A stretch of 64,000 bases of DNA from a virus. Lineage: Duplodnaviria; Caudoviricetes. The notes under the pieces are model-generated. The model ran no database searches. It worked only from the letters and a program-made list of their open reading frames with translations, and was not told the origin of the DNA. The stretch's first letter is position 1. Each line of letters opens with the position of its first letter. The position numbers were made by a program, and so were the translations under genes. Below are positions 1-9,345 of this stretch, piece by piece. The stretch lies in the IMG/VR virus record IMGVR_UViG_3300028886_000001, one strand, 5' to 3'.

Positions 1-1
1 C

Positions 2-228
2 ACTACTAATACTTATACACAAATGACAGGTATACCATATGGATTTTATTATGGTTCTGCTATAGCTATAGGTAATGATATATATTTATTAGGTGGAGCT
101 GATAGTAATTATAATAATTATAAATATAATACTACTACTAATACTTATACACAAATGACAGGTATGCCATATGGATTTTATTATGGTTCTGCTATAGCTA
201 TAGGTAATGATATATATTTATTAGGTGG
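2..228 (+). repeat. Near-identical 95-bp direct repeat (2-96 and 134-228), period 132 bp = one Kelch blade
   Basis: The copies differ at one position by my reading (ata/atg). Confidence 0.85.
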
Positions 229-736
229 GGATAACAGTAAAACCAATAATTATAAATATGATACTACTACTAATACCTATACTAAAATGGCTAATATACC
301 ATATAATTACCATAATGGTTCTGCTGTAGCTATAGGTAATGATATATATTTATTAGGAAGCTATAATGGCGATTGTTATAGAAATAATTATAAATATAAT
401 ACCACTACTAATACTTATACTAAAATGACTGATATACCATATGATTTCTATAATGGTGATGCTGTTATTATAGATAATAAAGTATATCTATTAGGAAGTT
501 ACTCATCTCCAAAGTTTAATTATAGAATAGATTTTACTATATTAGATAAGAACTCTATAGTATTTTTGAATTCTGACATGCCTTATAAATATAGAACAAA
601 AATGTTTAACACCCCTTATGGAGTATTAAATTATCAACATTTTGAAGATGTTATTATGACAGATGAAAACGGCAATAATGCTAACGTAGAAGTATATATA
701 GGTAATGGTACTGAATGGACTAAAATATCAGCATAA
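2..736 (+). CDS. Kelch-repeat beta-propeller protein (5' end truncated by window edge)
   Basis: Tandem ~44-aa repeats (GSAIAIGNDIYLLGG...NYKYNTTTNTYT.M..IPY). The frame is open from position 2. The C-terminal EVYIGNGTEW resembles EIYLGNSHNW in the Kelch protein at 41769-45077. Confidence 0.85.
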   Translation, partial: TTNTYTQMTGIPYGFYYGSAIAIGNDIYLLGGADSNYNNYKYNTTTNTYTQMTGMPYGFYYGSAIAIGNDIYLLGGDNSKTNNYKYDTTTNTYTKMANIPYNYHNGSAVAIGNDIYLLGSYNGDCYRNNYKYNTTTNTYTKMTDIPYDFYNGDAVIIDNKVYLLGSYSSPKFNYRIDFTILDKNSIVFLNSDMPYKYRTKMFNTPYGVLNYQHFEDVIMTDENGNNANVEVYIGNGTEWTKISA

Positions 737-740
737 TGTA

Positions 741-772
741 TTCCAGTATATCGTATAGATATACTGGATTTT
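741..772 (+). terminator. Intrinsic terminator
   Basis: TCCAGTATATC-loop-GATATACTGGA followed by a T tract. Confidence 0.7.
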
Positions 773-781
773 TACCACTTA

Positions 782-793
782 AACATATTAATA
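782..793 (+). promoter_or_regulatory. Late-type promoter AACA-N6-TA
   Basis: AACAtattaaTA upstream of the SD and ATG at 819. It matches the AR9 late consensus and is one of 24 such sites I located. Confidence 0.7.
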
Positions 794-818
794 TTATAAA
801 GAAAGGAGGAATTATATT

Positions 819-1556
819 ATGGCAAAACTTACTAAGAAACAAAGACAAGATATAGAAGCTTTAATATTAGAAGTGTTTTATACTATAGATAAATCAAATA
901 CTAATACAGATCATTATAAGAAACTATTTGCTAAGATGACAGATGATCAATTCTATAAATTTATATCTGCTAAATTCCCATATAGATTTCATGAGAAACC
1001 ATTTGTCACAGAACCATCTATGCATGAATGTAGAGTAGCTTTAGAAAAGATAGGAAAAGAACCTTTATATTGTAAAGTAAACTTACCTTATCTGTATACT
1101 AATAAAGATGGTGTACCAGTAAATACTAGAGAAACATTAGTAGTATGGATACCATTAAAGAAAGTTAAACAGTTTTTAACTAAGAAGAACTCTATGTCTA
1201 TAGATATATCTACAAGAGATATGAAGACTGGTTTATTAACTGGTGTAGATAAGAATGGTAAAACATCAGATAGAGAAATGGAATCATTAGCTGTTGCTGG
1301 ATTAGATGCTACTATAAATGAATTCTCTAAATATAGAGCAGATTCTATGAATGCTAAGAATGAACTATATAATTTAATAAATATAAATGGTACTGTTACT
1401 CAGAAAGAAGTACCAGTAGATATAGATGATTCTTTATCTAAGAATTTATTAAATACTTATCTTATTGGATCTGGATTCAATTCTAATTTAATCAATCAGG
1501 GTTATTACTTACCATATACTATAAAGAACAAGCAGAAGAAGATTGAAAGGAAGTAA
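819..1556 (+). CDS. Probable virion RNA polymerase beta subunit, C-terminal piece (phiKZ gp149-like)
   Basis: LKKVKQFLTKKNSMSIDISTRDMKTGLLTG.DKNGKTSDREMESL aligns by eye to the beta C-terminal KL.H...K..AR..G......QP..G...GGQRFGEME region. It follows a late-type promoter. Confidence 0.7.
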   Translation: MAKLTKKQRQDIEALILEVFYTIDKSNTNTDHYKKLFAKMTDDQFYKFISAKFPYRFHEKPFVTEPSMHECRVALEKIGKEPLYCKVNLPYLYTNKDGVPVNTRETLVVWIPLKKVKQFLTKKNSMSIDISTRDMKTGLLTGVDKNGKTSDREMESLAVAGLDATINEFSKYRADSMNAKNELYNLININGTVTQKEVPVDIDDSLSKNLLNTYLIGSGFNSNLINQGYYLPYTIKNKQKKIERK

Positions 1557-1561
1557 TATAT

Positions 1562-1813
1562 ATGCAGACAACATTGAGAATTTATAGAGAAAGAGCACAT
1601 AGACATGATTGTAATTCATCTGAATTTATTAGACTTCTTACATTAGCAGATACTATCTATAAGCAAGAAGAAGTTACAATATTTCAATTAAATTCATATA
1701 AACAAGAATTACAACGTTCTGATATAAGAGATTATGACAATGCATTAATGGATGCATATTATTATGCTAGAGAAGCTATATATGAATTAGAGAAGAAAGT
1801 AATTAAAGAGTAA
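1562..1813 (+). CDS. Hypothetical protein
   Basis: 83-aa ORF coupled to the upstream gene and followed by a terminator. Confidence 0.6.
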   Translation: MQTTLRIYRERAHRHDCNSSEFIRLLTLADTIYKQEEVTIFQLNSYKQELQRSDIRDYDNALMDAYYYAREAIYELEKKVIKE

Positions 1814-1836
1814 GTATTATACTTACTCTTATTTTT
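1806..1836 (+). terminator. Intrinsic terminator (AAGAGTA-stem family)
   Basis: AAGAGTAAGTA-loop-TACTTACTCTT then a T tract. Confidence 0.7.
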
Positions 1837-1858
1837 CTATGATACTGTAATATATTAT

Positions 1859-1910
1859 AGTATTTGTAAAACTTCTATATTTCAATTGTATATTATTATC
1901 TTGACATAAT
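1859..1910 (+). repeat. 52-bp early-promoter leader repeat, copy 1 (copy 2 at 20471-20522)
   Basis: Two mismatches between the copies. Contains AATTGTATATTAT at 1884-1896. Confidence 0.85.
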
Positions 1911-1939
1911 CAAATAATATATAAAGGAGGATGATTATT

Positions 1940-2152
1940 ATGTCACTTAAGGATAAAGCCAGTAAAGCAGCCTGGCTTTCAGACGAGTGTGCGAAGTTAT
2001 ACGACGCCACTTGTCGTCTTGCTGCTGGTCAATCTACAGTAGAGGAGGTGGAAGCTACCATTAATTTAACCTCTACTGCAACTGCTGATGAGTATTACGA
2101 TGTATTGGATTATGCCAATGCCGTAATCTCATCTGTAAAGAAAGAGGCTTAA
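1940..2152 (+). CDS. Small early hypothetical protein
   Basis: SD AGGAGG, own early-type promoter and own terminator. Visibly more GC-rich than its neighbours. Confidence 0.7.
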   Translation: MSLKDKASKAAWLSDECAKLYDATCRLAAGQSTVEEVEATINLTSTATADEYYDVLDYANAVISSVKKEA

Positions 2153-2244
2153 GTCTCTTTCTTTTTTGTCTTTATAACATTTTATACAATTATATATTAT
2201 TATCTTGTGTGTCGAGATAGTGACACAGTTTTTTATATTAGGAG

Positions 2245-3099
2245 ATGGTCGATATGAAGACATCAAAATTAAGACGTATTATAGATAGTATGAAACTAAC
2301 TATAATACCACTTAAAGAAGATATTATAACAGTAATGGAGGTGATTAAAGAAATACATAAATCAGGTGATTATACAAAATCAGATAAAATGCGTAACTTA
2401 ACAGATTCTGCAGCAATGCTATTAAGATATTTAATAGATAACTGCTATACTAGCAAATACTTTGATTATACATTTATAATGGAATCAAAAAATATACTTA
2501 ATGATTATTTTGATAATACACATATTGATGCATTTAATAAATATAAAGATGCATTGCATGAATACCTATTTGGTGAAAAATATAATAATACATATTTCTT
2601 ATGTAATGAATATCATATTCAACCACATAAACGATTATTACCATATCATTATAACGACACTTTATTAATACTAGCAATGAGTGATTTAATAAGAATATTT
2701 TATGATTACATATTTCTTCTTAATAGAACCATTAAGAGCAAATCACAAAAGTATAATTATCAAAGAGGAAATAAATTTATATTAGAAAAATTCTTTACAG
2801 AAACATATTCAGAAAATAAAGTGCAAGATCATTATTTATTTAGATTAGAGAAAAATGAAATAATAAGTAAATATGTAACATATGAAAATATAAGCAAATA
2901 CATAGAATCTAGCGAAGTGAATACTATTATATCAGACATAGAAGAAAATTCAATGATGCTTAGAAATACTAATGATTATGGAGTTAATTTTAAACAAATG
3001 ATGCTAAAGTTAAATATACAAGAAGATATTTGTGAATCTGATTGGTCATTTTATGAATCTATTTTATTATGTAAAAGTATAAAATATTATTATGCATAA
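2245..3099 (+). CDS. Hypothetical protein (early)
   Basis: 284-aa ORF behind AATTATATATTAT at 2188-2200. Confidence 0.65.
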   Translation: MVDMKTSKLRRIIDSMKLTIIPLKEDIITVMEVIKEIHKSGDYTKSDKMRNLTDSAAMLLRYLIDNCYTSKYFDYTFIMESKNILNDYFDNTHIDAFNKYKDALHEYLFGEKYNNTYFLCNEYHIQPHKRLLPYHYNDTLLILAMSDLIRIFYDYIFLLNRTIKSKSQKYNYQRGNKFILEKFFTETYSENKVQDHYLFRLEKNEIISKYVTYENISKYIESSEVNTIISDIEENSMMLRNTNDYGVNFKQMMLKLNIQEDICESDWSFYESILLCKSIKYYYA

Positions 3100-3157
3100 G
3101 TATAAAATAACCTATTTGATAACACATATGTAATACTTTTAAAGGAGGTGAATATTA

Positions 3158-3280
3158 ATGTACAATGAAAATGAAATAGGTGTTATCAATGAAGTTGGTG
3201 ATTTAGGATTAGGCTATACACCTTTAACTGAATCAGAAAAAGAAATGTTAAAAGAAAAAGACAACGGTAAAGAGGAATAA
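3158..3280 (+). CDS. Small acidic protein (40 aa), not in the ORF track
   Basis: AACAcatatgTA promoter at 3121, SD AAGGAGGTG, ORF MYNENEIGVINEVGDLGLGYTPLTESEKEMLKEKDNGKEE*. Confidence 0.7.
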   Translation: MYNENEIGVINEVGDLGLGYTPLTESEKEMLKEKDNGKEE

Positions 3281-3386
3281 ACCTCTTTACCCTATACCAA
3301 AGATTATTTAATTATATTATACACCTATAATAAAATAATCAAAGTCTAAAGCAGAGATTAATAATAAAAAGGGAGATGTTAACGAC

Positions 3387-4241
3387 ATGAAGTCAAAAGC
3401 AAAAGTAAAATCGGTAAAGATAAAAGAAACTATAATAAAAGGAATAATGAAAAGAAGAAGCATAATATCAGTAATGATATTAACTGGAGCACTTATATTA
3501 AGCTATAATGGTGTAATGAGTCTTAAAGACTTAGTACATGCTAAAGATAATAAAATAGCAGAATTAGAAGAACAAGTGCAAAATCTTCAAGAAGAAGTTG
3601 ATTTTAAAGATACAGAAAATCAAGCTTATATGGATTTATATAATGATAATGAATCTACTATAAAGACAATGAAGATGGACAAAGACAATTTAGAAGATGC
3701 ATTAGCATCAGCTAAATCTGAATTAGAAACAGCCAAGAAAACAATATCAGCATCCAAGAAATACTCTACAGATAATCTATCAAGAGGTGATGTATCTGAG
3801 AAATCTCTTAAAGATTATGAAATATTGAGTGTTGAAGAGATGAATGATTTTATAAATAGAAGAGCACCTGAGAATTCTCCATTTAGAAATAATGGTGAAA
3901 TATTCTTAGAAGCTGCTAAACAATCCGGATTAGATCCAAAATATATTGTTGCTATTGCAGGATTAGAGTCTTCTTGGGGAAGATCAACTATAGCTAGAGA
4001 GAAGAATAACTATTTTGGAATAACAGCTTATAATAATGATCCATATAATAGTGCTAAGTCATTTAGCTCAATGGAAGATGGAATAGTAAATGGTGCTATA
4101 TGGATTAAAAATAACTTTGTAGACAAAGGTAAGACTAATCTAGTATCTATGATATGGGGAGGTTCTGCTTATTGTCAAACAGATGCAGGTCAACCAAGTC
4201 AATCTTGGATTGATAATATAACAACAATAATAAAACCATAA
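3387..4241 (+). CDS. Membrane-anchored coiled-coil glucosaminidase (GH73-like peptidoglycan hydrolase)
   Basis: N-terminal hydrophobic segment, coiled coil, then AIAGLESSWGRS...KNNYFGI.AY. Confidence 0.8.
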   Translation: MKSKAKVKSVKIKETIIKGIMKRRSIISVMILTGALILSYNGVMSLKDLVHAKDNKIAELEEQVQNLQEEVDFKDTENQAYMDLYNDNESTIKTMKMDKDNLEDALASAKSELETAKKTISASKKYSTDNLSRGDVSEKSLKDYEILSVEEMNDFINRRAPENSPFRNNGEIFLEAAKQSGLDPKYIVAIAGLESSWGRSTIAREKNNYFGITAYNNDPYNSAKSFSSMEDGIVNGAIWIKNNFVDKGKTNLVSMIWGGSAYCQTDAGQPSQSWIDNITTIIKP

Positions 4242-4255
4242 GGAGTTGATTTAAG

Positions 4256-5170
4256 GTGTTTAATAATAATATTATACATGGAGATGGTGTAACTACAGAT
4301 AGTGTAGTTACACCTAAACAACCATTTGCTAATGATCCATTAGTAAATGATATTGAATTTGATAATCTTATACAAGAATACAAGTTTAATAAAATGAAGT
4401 TAGATGAGGCATGTGATTTATTATCAAAAAGAATGGATTACATTATATCTAAAGCATATATATCAGATGTAGGCAATATATATAAAAATGTATTCTCTAG
4501 TAATTATTTTTTGAAATGTTTCAGAGAGATAATATATAACCCAGAGAAATATGATGTATCTGGTATATATGCCCATTCTAAATATGAAATATATAGTTTA
4601 CTATTACGACCATTCAATGATTCTTTATTATATGATAATATCTATTATATCAATATTATAGATATATTAAAGAGATTTGATAATATAGAGTATATGAATG
4701 CATATAATATAATATTTAGCGATAAAACAACAACAGGTTTATTATTAACTAGATATTCTAGCTTTAATAAAAGAGAATGCGTACAAGTTACAATGGATTA
4801 CATTATAAATAAATGCCCATGGCAAAATAGACAAACAGAAAAGAATATCATACAAGCTTTGTTTACATTAGATTATTATGATGAGATATTCTTATATTTA
4901 ATGACACAATCATCATATAGAAGTACTAATTATAATAAATATGAATCTCAACTTGCTGTACTTAGATATATTATATCAGTAATGGAAGACTTACCAACAT
5001 ACGTTACAAAGAATATAATATTACCATATGCTGAATATTTAAAGATTAATGGAATAGTTGCTAAGATAAGAACATTTATAGATATAGACATTATAATGAA
5101 TGAGGAATCCACACCAAACTGTTTTAAAGCTTTAACTGCTTTAGAATATGACGGATACTCATTTAAATAG
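4256..5170 (+). CDS. Hypothetical protein
   Basis: 304-aa ORF with GTG start after SD AGGAG. Confidence 0.65.
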   Translation: MFNNNIIHGDGVTTDSVVTPKQPFANDPLVNDIEFDNLIQEYKFNKMKLDEACDLLSKRMDYIISKAYISDVGNIYKNVFSSNYFLKCFREIIYNPEKYDVSGIYAHSKYEIYSLLLRPFNDSLLYDNIYYINIIDILKRFDNIEYMNAYNIIFSDKTTTGLLLTRYSSFNKRECVQVTMDYIINKCPWQNRQTEKNIIQALFTLDYYDEIFLYLMTQSSYRSTNYNKYESQLAVLRYIISVMEDLPTYVTKNIILPYAEYLKINGIVAKIRTFIDIDIIMNEESTPNCFKALTALEYDGYSFK

Positions 5171-5256
5171 GAAGGATAGAGATATCCTTCTCTTTTTATT
5201 TTTTTATTTCAAATAGAACTTATAAGTATTAAATATATAAGGAGGTATGTATAGTA

Positions 5257-6504
5257 ATGAGTTTACTAGCAGAAAGATTTAGAGAACAAGTATCTAAACT
5301 AAAAGATTATAATATGAAAGTAGAGTCAGATTTCTCTGTTGGGTATTCAACTGGATTTCTATCATTTGATTTTAGAAATGGTACAATAGTACATGCAAAG
5401 AATGAAGCAGGAATACCATTGACTTATTATTCTGTAGGAATTACAGATGGTTCAATGGTAATGATTATAGGAAGGTCAGGTTGTGGTAAAACAACTTGGA
5501 CAATACAAGCAGCGGCTAATATAGTAAGACCTTTTAGAACTTCTTGCATATTTCATGATGACATAGAAGGTGGTATTAATGACTCTAGACTTGAACAATT
5601 AACAGGTTTTGTTGGAGAAGAGTTGAAAGGAAGATATATTATAAGAAATGTAGGTATAACTACAGAAAACTTATATCAAAGAATAAAGATAATATATGAT
5701 AATAAGAATGATCATAGAGAAGATTTCTTATATGATACAGGTTTGTATGATACTAGAGGTAATAGAATAATGAAACTAGAACCTACAGTATATATACTAG
5801 ATTCATTAGCATTATTAACACCAGAGAAATTTGCTCAAGAAGATGAACTAAGTGGTCAAATGAGTACAACTGCTACAGCTAAAGCTACAGCTATGGTATT
5901 TAGAAAGATAGTTCCAATGCTTAAATCTGTTAATATAATATTCATGGTAATAAATCATATCACTCAGAAGGTAGATATTAACCCTATGCAGAAGAAGAAA
6001 GCACAAGTATCATATCTTAAACAAGACGAAGCACTACCAGGTGGTAATACTCCAGTATATCTTGCTAATAACTTAATTAGATTTGATGATGTAACTAAGT
6101 TAAAAGAAAAAGATGGCTTTGGTGTAGATGGTTCTATAGTAGATTTAGGTTTAGTTAAATCTAGAACTAATAAAGCAGGACAAGCCGCATCTTTAGTATT
6201 CAATCAAGACATGGGATTTGACCAAGAGTTATCTTTACTACAATTATTAAAAGATAATGGTAGAGTAAATGGTGCAGGTGCTTATTTATATATAGGGGAC
6301 CATTCAGACATGAAGTTCTCTCAAAAGAAGTTTAAAGAGAAACTAGCTACAGATCCAGAATTTATGAGAGTAGTACAACAAGAAGTTATGGATGTATTAA
6401 GATTAATAATACCAGATACATCTCAAGAACAAGCTCAACAACAACAAATGTGTGCGGCTATGAGTTCTACTATATTAAATGAGATGAATAATGTTACAGT
6501 ATAG
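5257..6504 (+). CDS. recA: RecA/UvsX-like recombinase
   Basis: Walker A GRSGCGKTT, Walker B YILDSLA, INHI and PGG motifs, VKSR. Confidence 0.85.
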   Translation: MSLLAERFREQVSKLKDYNMKVESDFSVGYSTGFLSFDFRNGTIVHAKNEAGIPLTYYSVGITDGSMVMIIGRSGCGKTTWTIQAAANIVRPFRTSCIFHDDIEGGINDSRLEQLTGFVGEELKGRYIIRNVGITTENLYQRIKIIYDNKNDHREDFLYDTGLYDTRGNRIMKLEPTVYILDSLALLTPEKFAQEDELSGQMSTTATAKATAMVFRKIVPMLKSVNIIFMVINHITQKVDINPMQKKKAQVSYLKQDEALPGGNTPVYLANNLIRFDDVTKLKEKDGFGVDGSIVDLGLVKSRTNKAGQAASLVFNQDMGFDQELSLLQLLKDNGRVNGAGAYLYIGDHSDMKFSQKKFKEKLATDPEFMRVVQQEVMDVLRLIIPDTSQEQAQQQQMCAAMSSTILNEMNNVTV

Positions 6505-6518
6505 AGGGGGATTAAAGT

Positions 6519-7070
6519 ATGAAGATATTCTTCGATACAGAATTCACAGGACTTCATAAAGGGACAGAGTTAATAAGTATAGGAATGGTAGATGAAGTAG
6601 GTAGAACTTTTTATGCTGAATTCAATGATTATGATAAAAATCAAATAGAAGATTGGATAGAAGATAATGTAATATCTAATCTTCTATTTGAAGATCAAGT
6701 AAAGTTCTTTAGAGAAAGTCAAGATACTATGATTACTAATTGTAAAGGTAATAAAGAGTATATAAGAAAGATGTTATTAGACTGGCTAGAAGTATACGAT
6801 ACAATAGAATTTGTATCTGATGTATGTCATTATGACTTTGTATTACTTATAGATTTAATATCATTTAATGCGTTAGATTTACCTAAGAATATTGCACCAG
6901 TATGTATAGATATAAATCAAATGTTAATGGAGCATTATAGCATGGATGCTAATACTGCATTTGATATAAATAGAGAGAGAATAATAGAAGTAGATGATGA
7001 TAATAAGCATAACTCTCTACATGATGCTAAGGTAATAAAAGCAATATACAATAAAATTACCAATGAATAA
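6519..7070 (+). CDS. DEDDh 3'-5' exonuclease (Rv2179c/RNase AS-like)
   Basis: IFFDTEFTGL...LISIG...YD...HNSLHDA. Confidence 0.8.
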   Translation: MKIFFDTEFTGLHKGTELISIGMVDEVGRTFYAEFNDYDKNQIEDWIEDNVISNLLFEDQVKFFRESQDTMITNCKGNKEYIRKMLLDWLEVYDTIEFVSDVCHYDFVLLIDLISFNALDLPKNIAPVCIDINQMLMEHYSMDANTAFDINRERIIEVDDDNKHNSLHDAKVIKAIYNKITNE

Positions 7071-7073
7071 TTA

Positions 7074-7086
7074 AATTATATATTAT
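7074..7086 (+). promoter_or_regulatory. Early-type promoter AATTATATATTAT
   Basis: Exact motif upstream of the non-virion RNAP beta-C gene, followed by a hairpin. Confidence 0.7.
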
Positions 7087-7142
7087 ATACAAGTATGCAA
7101 GTACTTGTATATAATTTTGTAAAAAGGAGGATATAAATTTTT

Positions 7143-9335
7143 ATGGCAGAAGGAAATATGAACTTTGTTCAAGACATGGAAGAAGAAGCAAAAAGAATAA
7201 CAAGTTTAGAGCAAATGGCTGGAAAAGGATTGATGATGCCATTTAATCCATCAAATTCTGGTCCAAGAAAAATAATGCAATCAACCTTTGTAGAACATCT
7301 ATTATCATTAGAAAATCCAGAGCCACCATTAATTGGTACAGGTTATGAATTTAGATTTGGCGAACATTCTTCATCTTATAATATAGCTGAAGATGATTTT
7401 GCTATACTGCATAGAATAGAGAAGTTTAGTTTTGCACATGGTAATCATTATTTTCTAATTATTCAAAACCATAGGACAGGAGAATATGATGTTATTGAGA
7501 GAAAGTCTTATAAGTACATCGGAGAGTCTTATACCTATAGTTATAACAATTCTTATTTAGATAAGAAATCTGTAGGAGATGTTATACAGAAAGGAGATGT
7601 ATATCAGAAGAGTACTGCGTTTGATGAAAATAATAATAGGCAGGATGGTGTTAATCTTCTTACTGGATATATATCTTGCGAGCTTAATAAAGAAGATGGA
7701 GTCATAATATCTGAAACAGCTTCTAAGAAATTAGCAGCTCCTACAATGAAAATGGTAAATATCATTATTAATGATAATGATATACCAATAAACCTATATG
7801 GGGATGACAGTTGTTATAAATGTATGCCGAATGTAGGTGAGTATATTCAAAATGGAGTATTACTAGCGTTAAGAAGAAATAAGAAAGATGAAGCCTTATT
7901 CAGTCAGAGTAGAGAAAGACTAAGAGGAACATTCATCTCAGATGATCAATTCTTAGCACAAGGACAAGTAGTTGATATTGATATATATTGTAATAACCCA
8001 GAGTTATTAGCAACTTATGAATACAATGATCAACTAAGATATTATTATGATGATGATATGAGGTTTAGAAGAGAATTCAATTCTAAAGTAAGACCTTATA
8101 TCTTAGAAAGAAAGTGTAGTTATAGACTACAAAAGATATATTATAATAATGAAAAGATATTAAATGGAGGACAGTTTATAAGAGATGCTAAACCACCTTC
8201 TTTTGTATCACTTACATTATATGTAAAGGATGTAATAGATGCTAAACAAGGAGATAAAATAGCAAATAGATATGGAGGTAAAGGTGTTATATCTGTAGTA
8301 CTTCCAGATGAAATGATGCCTATGTTATCTAATGGAGAAAGGCTAGAATGTATACAAAATCCAGAGGGTTGTCCAAATAGAGAAAATCCAGGTCAGTTAT
8401 TTGAGCAAACTATAAATCAAGTTGGTTCTAGAATAATTGATTATATAGGAGAAGCCATATTACATCAAGATGAATGTCTAGAGCTATATCTAGAATATCT
8501 TAAAGAGGTATCTCCACAGCAATATATAGAGATAGTAAAGTATTTATCTGAATCAGATTTAACAGAAGATGATAAGCAATATTTATTAAATTCTGTTTTA
8601 GATGATAATGGAATAGCTGTATCTTTAAGACCTATTACAGATAATATGTCTTTAGATAAATTAGCATCTTTAATTCATAAGTTCCCATTTGCTAAGCCTT
8701 ATACTATTACTGTACCACAAAGAGATTCTAATGGTAATATAAGATATATCGAAGCTAGAAGACCAATAACCTGTGGTAGAATATATATGTATAGAATGAA
8801 GCAATATGCAGAAGAGAAATTCTCTGCTGTTAGTTTATCTGCTACTAATAATAAGAATGAGAATAGCAGAACTTCTAAGAAGAACTTTAAATCTATATAT
8901 GCTAAAACACCTATAAAGTTTGGAGAAATGGAGTCAGGAGACTTATCTCATATGGGTGTAGAGAATGTAATAACTGGTTTGATGCTGTATTCTGCATCAC
9001 CTTGGGGAAGACGTTTAACTGAAGAACTTATAACAGGAGACCCATTTGATGTAGACGTTAAATTAGATGATAGATCTAGAAATAGATCAGTAGAGATTCT
9101 TAATGCATATCTTACTACTATAGGATTAAAGTTAGATTTTGAGAAAGTTCCTAAGATAAAGAAAAAGATATGGAAGAGAAAAATACTTACTTTCCATAAA
9201 TCACCAGAGAATATTGGTAAGAAGAAGAAAGTATGGCATAAACTAAATGCTTGGGAAAAACCAGATATGAGTCTTGTTAAGGGAGACGGGAAGCTTCATA
9301 TTTGGAAGAAATCTGTATTTAAACATAAGAGGTAG
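7143..9335 (+). CDS. Non-virion RNA polymerase beta subunit, C-terminal half
   Basis: NKEDG, GDKIANRYGGKGVIS, NPEGCPNRENPGQLFE, YMYRMKQ, PIKFGEMES. Confidence 0.9.
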   Translation: MAEGNMNFVQDMEEEAKRITSLEQMAGKGLMMPFNPSNSGPRKIMQSTFVEHLLSLENPEPPLIGTGYEFRFGEHSSSYNIAEDDFAILHRIEKFSFAHGNHYFLIIQNHRTGEYDVIERKSYKYIGESYTYSYNNSYLDKKSVGDVIQKGDVYQKSTAFDENNNRQDGVNLLTGYISCELNKEDGVIISETASKKLAAPTMKMVNIIINDNDIPINLYGDDSCYKCMPNVGEYIQNGVLLALRRNKKDEALFSQSRERLRGTFISDDQFLAQGQVVDIDIYCNNPELLATYEYNDQLRYYYDDDMRFRREFNSKVRPYILERKCSYRLQKIYYNNEKILNGGQFIRDAKPPSFVSLTLYVKDVIDAKQGDKIANRYGGKGVISVVLPDEMMPMLSNGERLECIQNPEGCPNRENPGQLFEQTINQVGSRIIDYIGEAILHQDECLELYLEYLKEVSPQQYIEIVKYLSESDLTEDDKQYLLNSVLDDNGIAVSLRPITDNMSLDKLASLIHKFPFAKPYTITVPQRDSNGNIRYIEARRPITCGRIYMYRMKQYAEEKFSAVSLSATNNKNENSRTSKKNFKSIYAKTPIKFGEMESGDLSHMGVENVITGLMLYSASPWGRRLTEELITGDPFDVDVKLDDRSRNRSVEILNAYLTTIGLKLDFEKVPKIKKKIWKRKILTFHKSPENIGKKKKVWHKLNAWEKPDMSLVKGDGKLHIWKKSVFKHKR

Positions 9336-9345
9336 GTGAAAAAAT

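Noticed and set aside
1901-1906. TTGACA as a host sigma-A -35 box (also at about 20513)
   Set aside because: It lies downstream of the conserved TATATTAT core and reads TTGTCA or TTGTGT in the other copies. A secondary host-RNAP promoter cannot be excluded.
9153-9335. The tag as a eukaryotic PP1-docking RVxF motif or nuclear localisation signal
   Set aside because: The spacing is mostly K-[IV]-W without the x position, and the gene context is bacteriophage.
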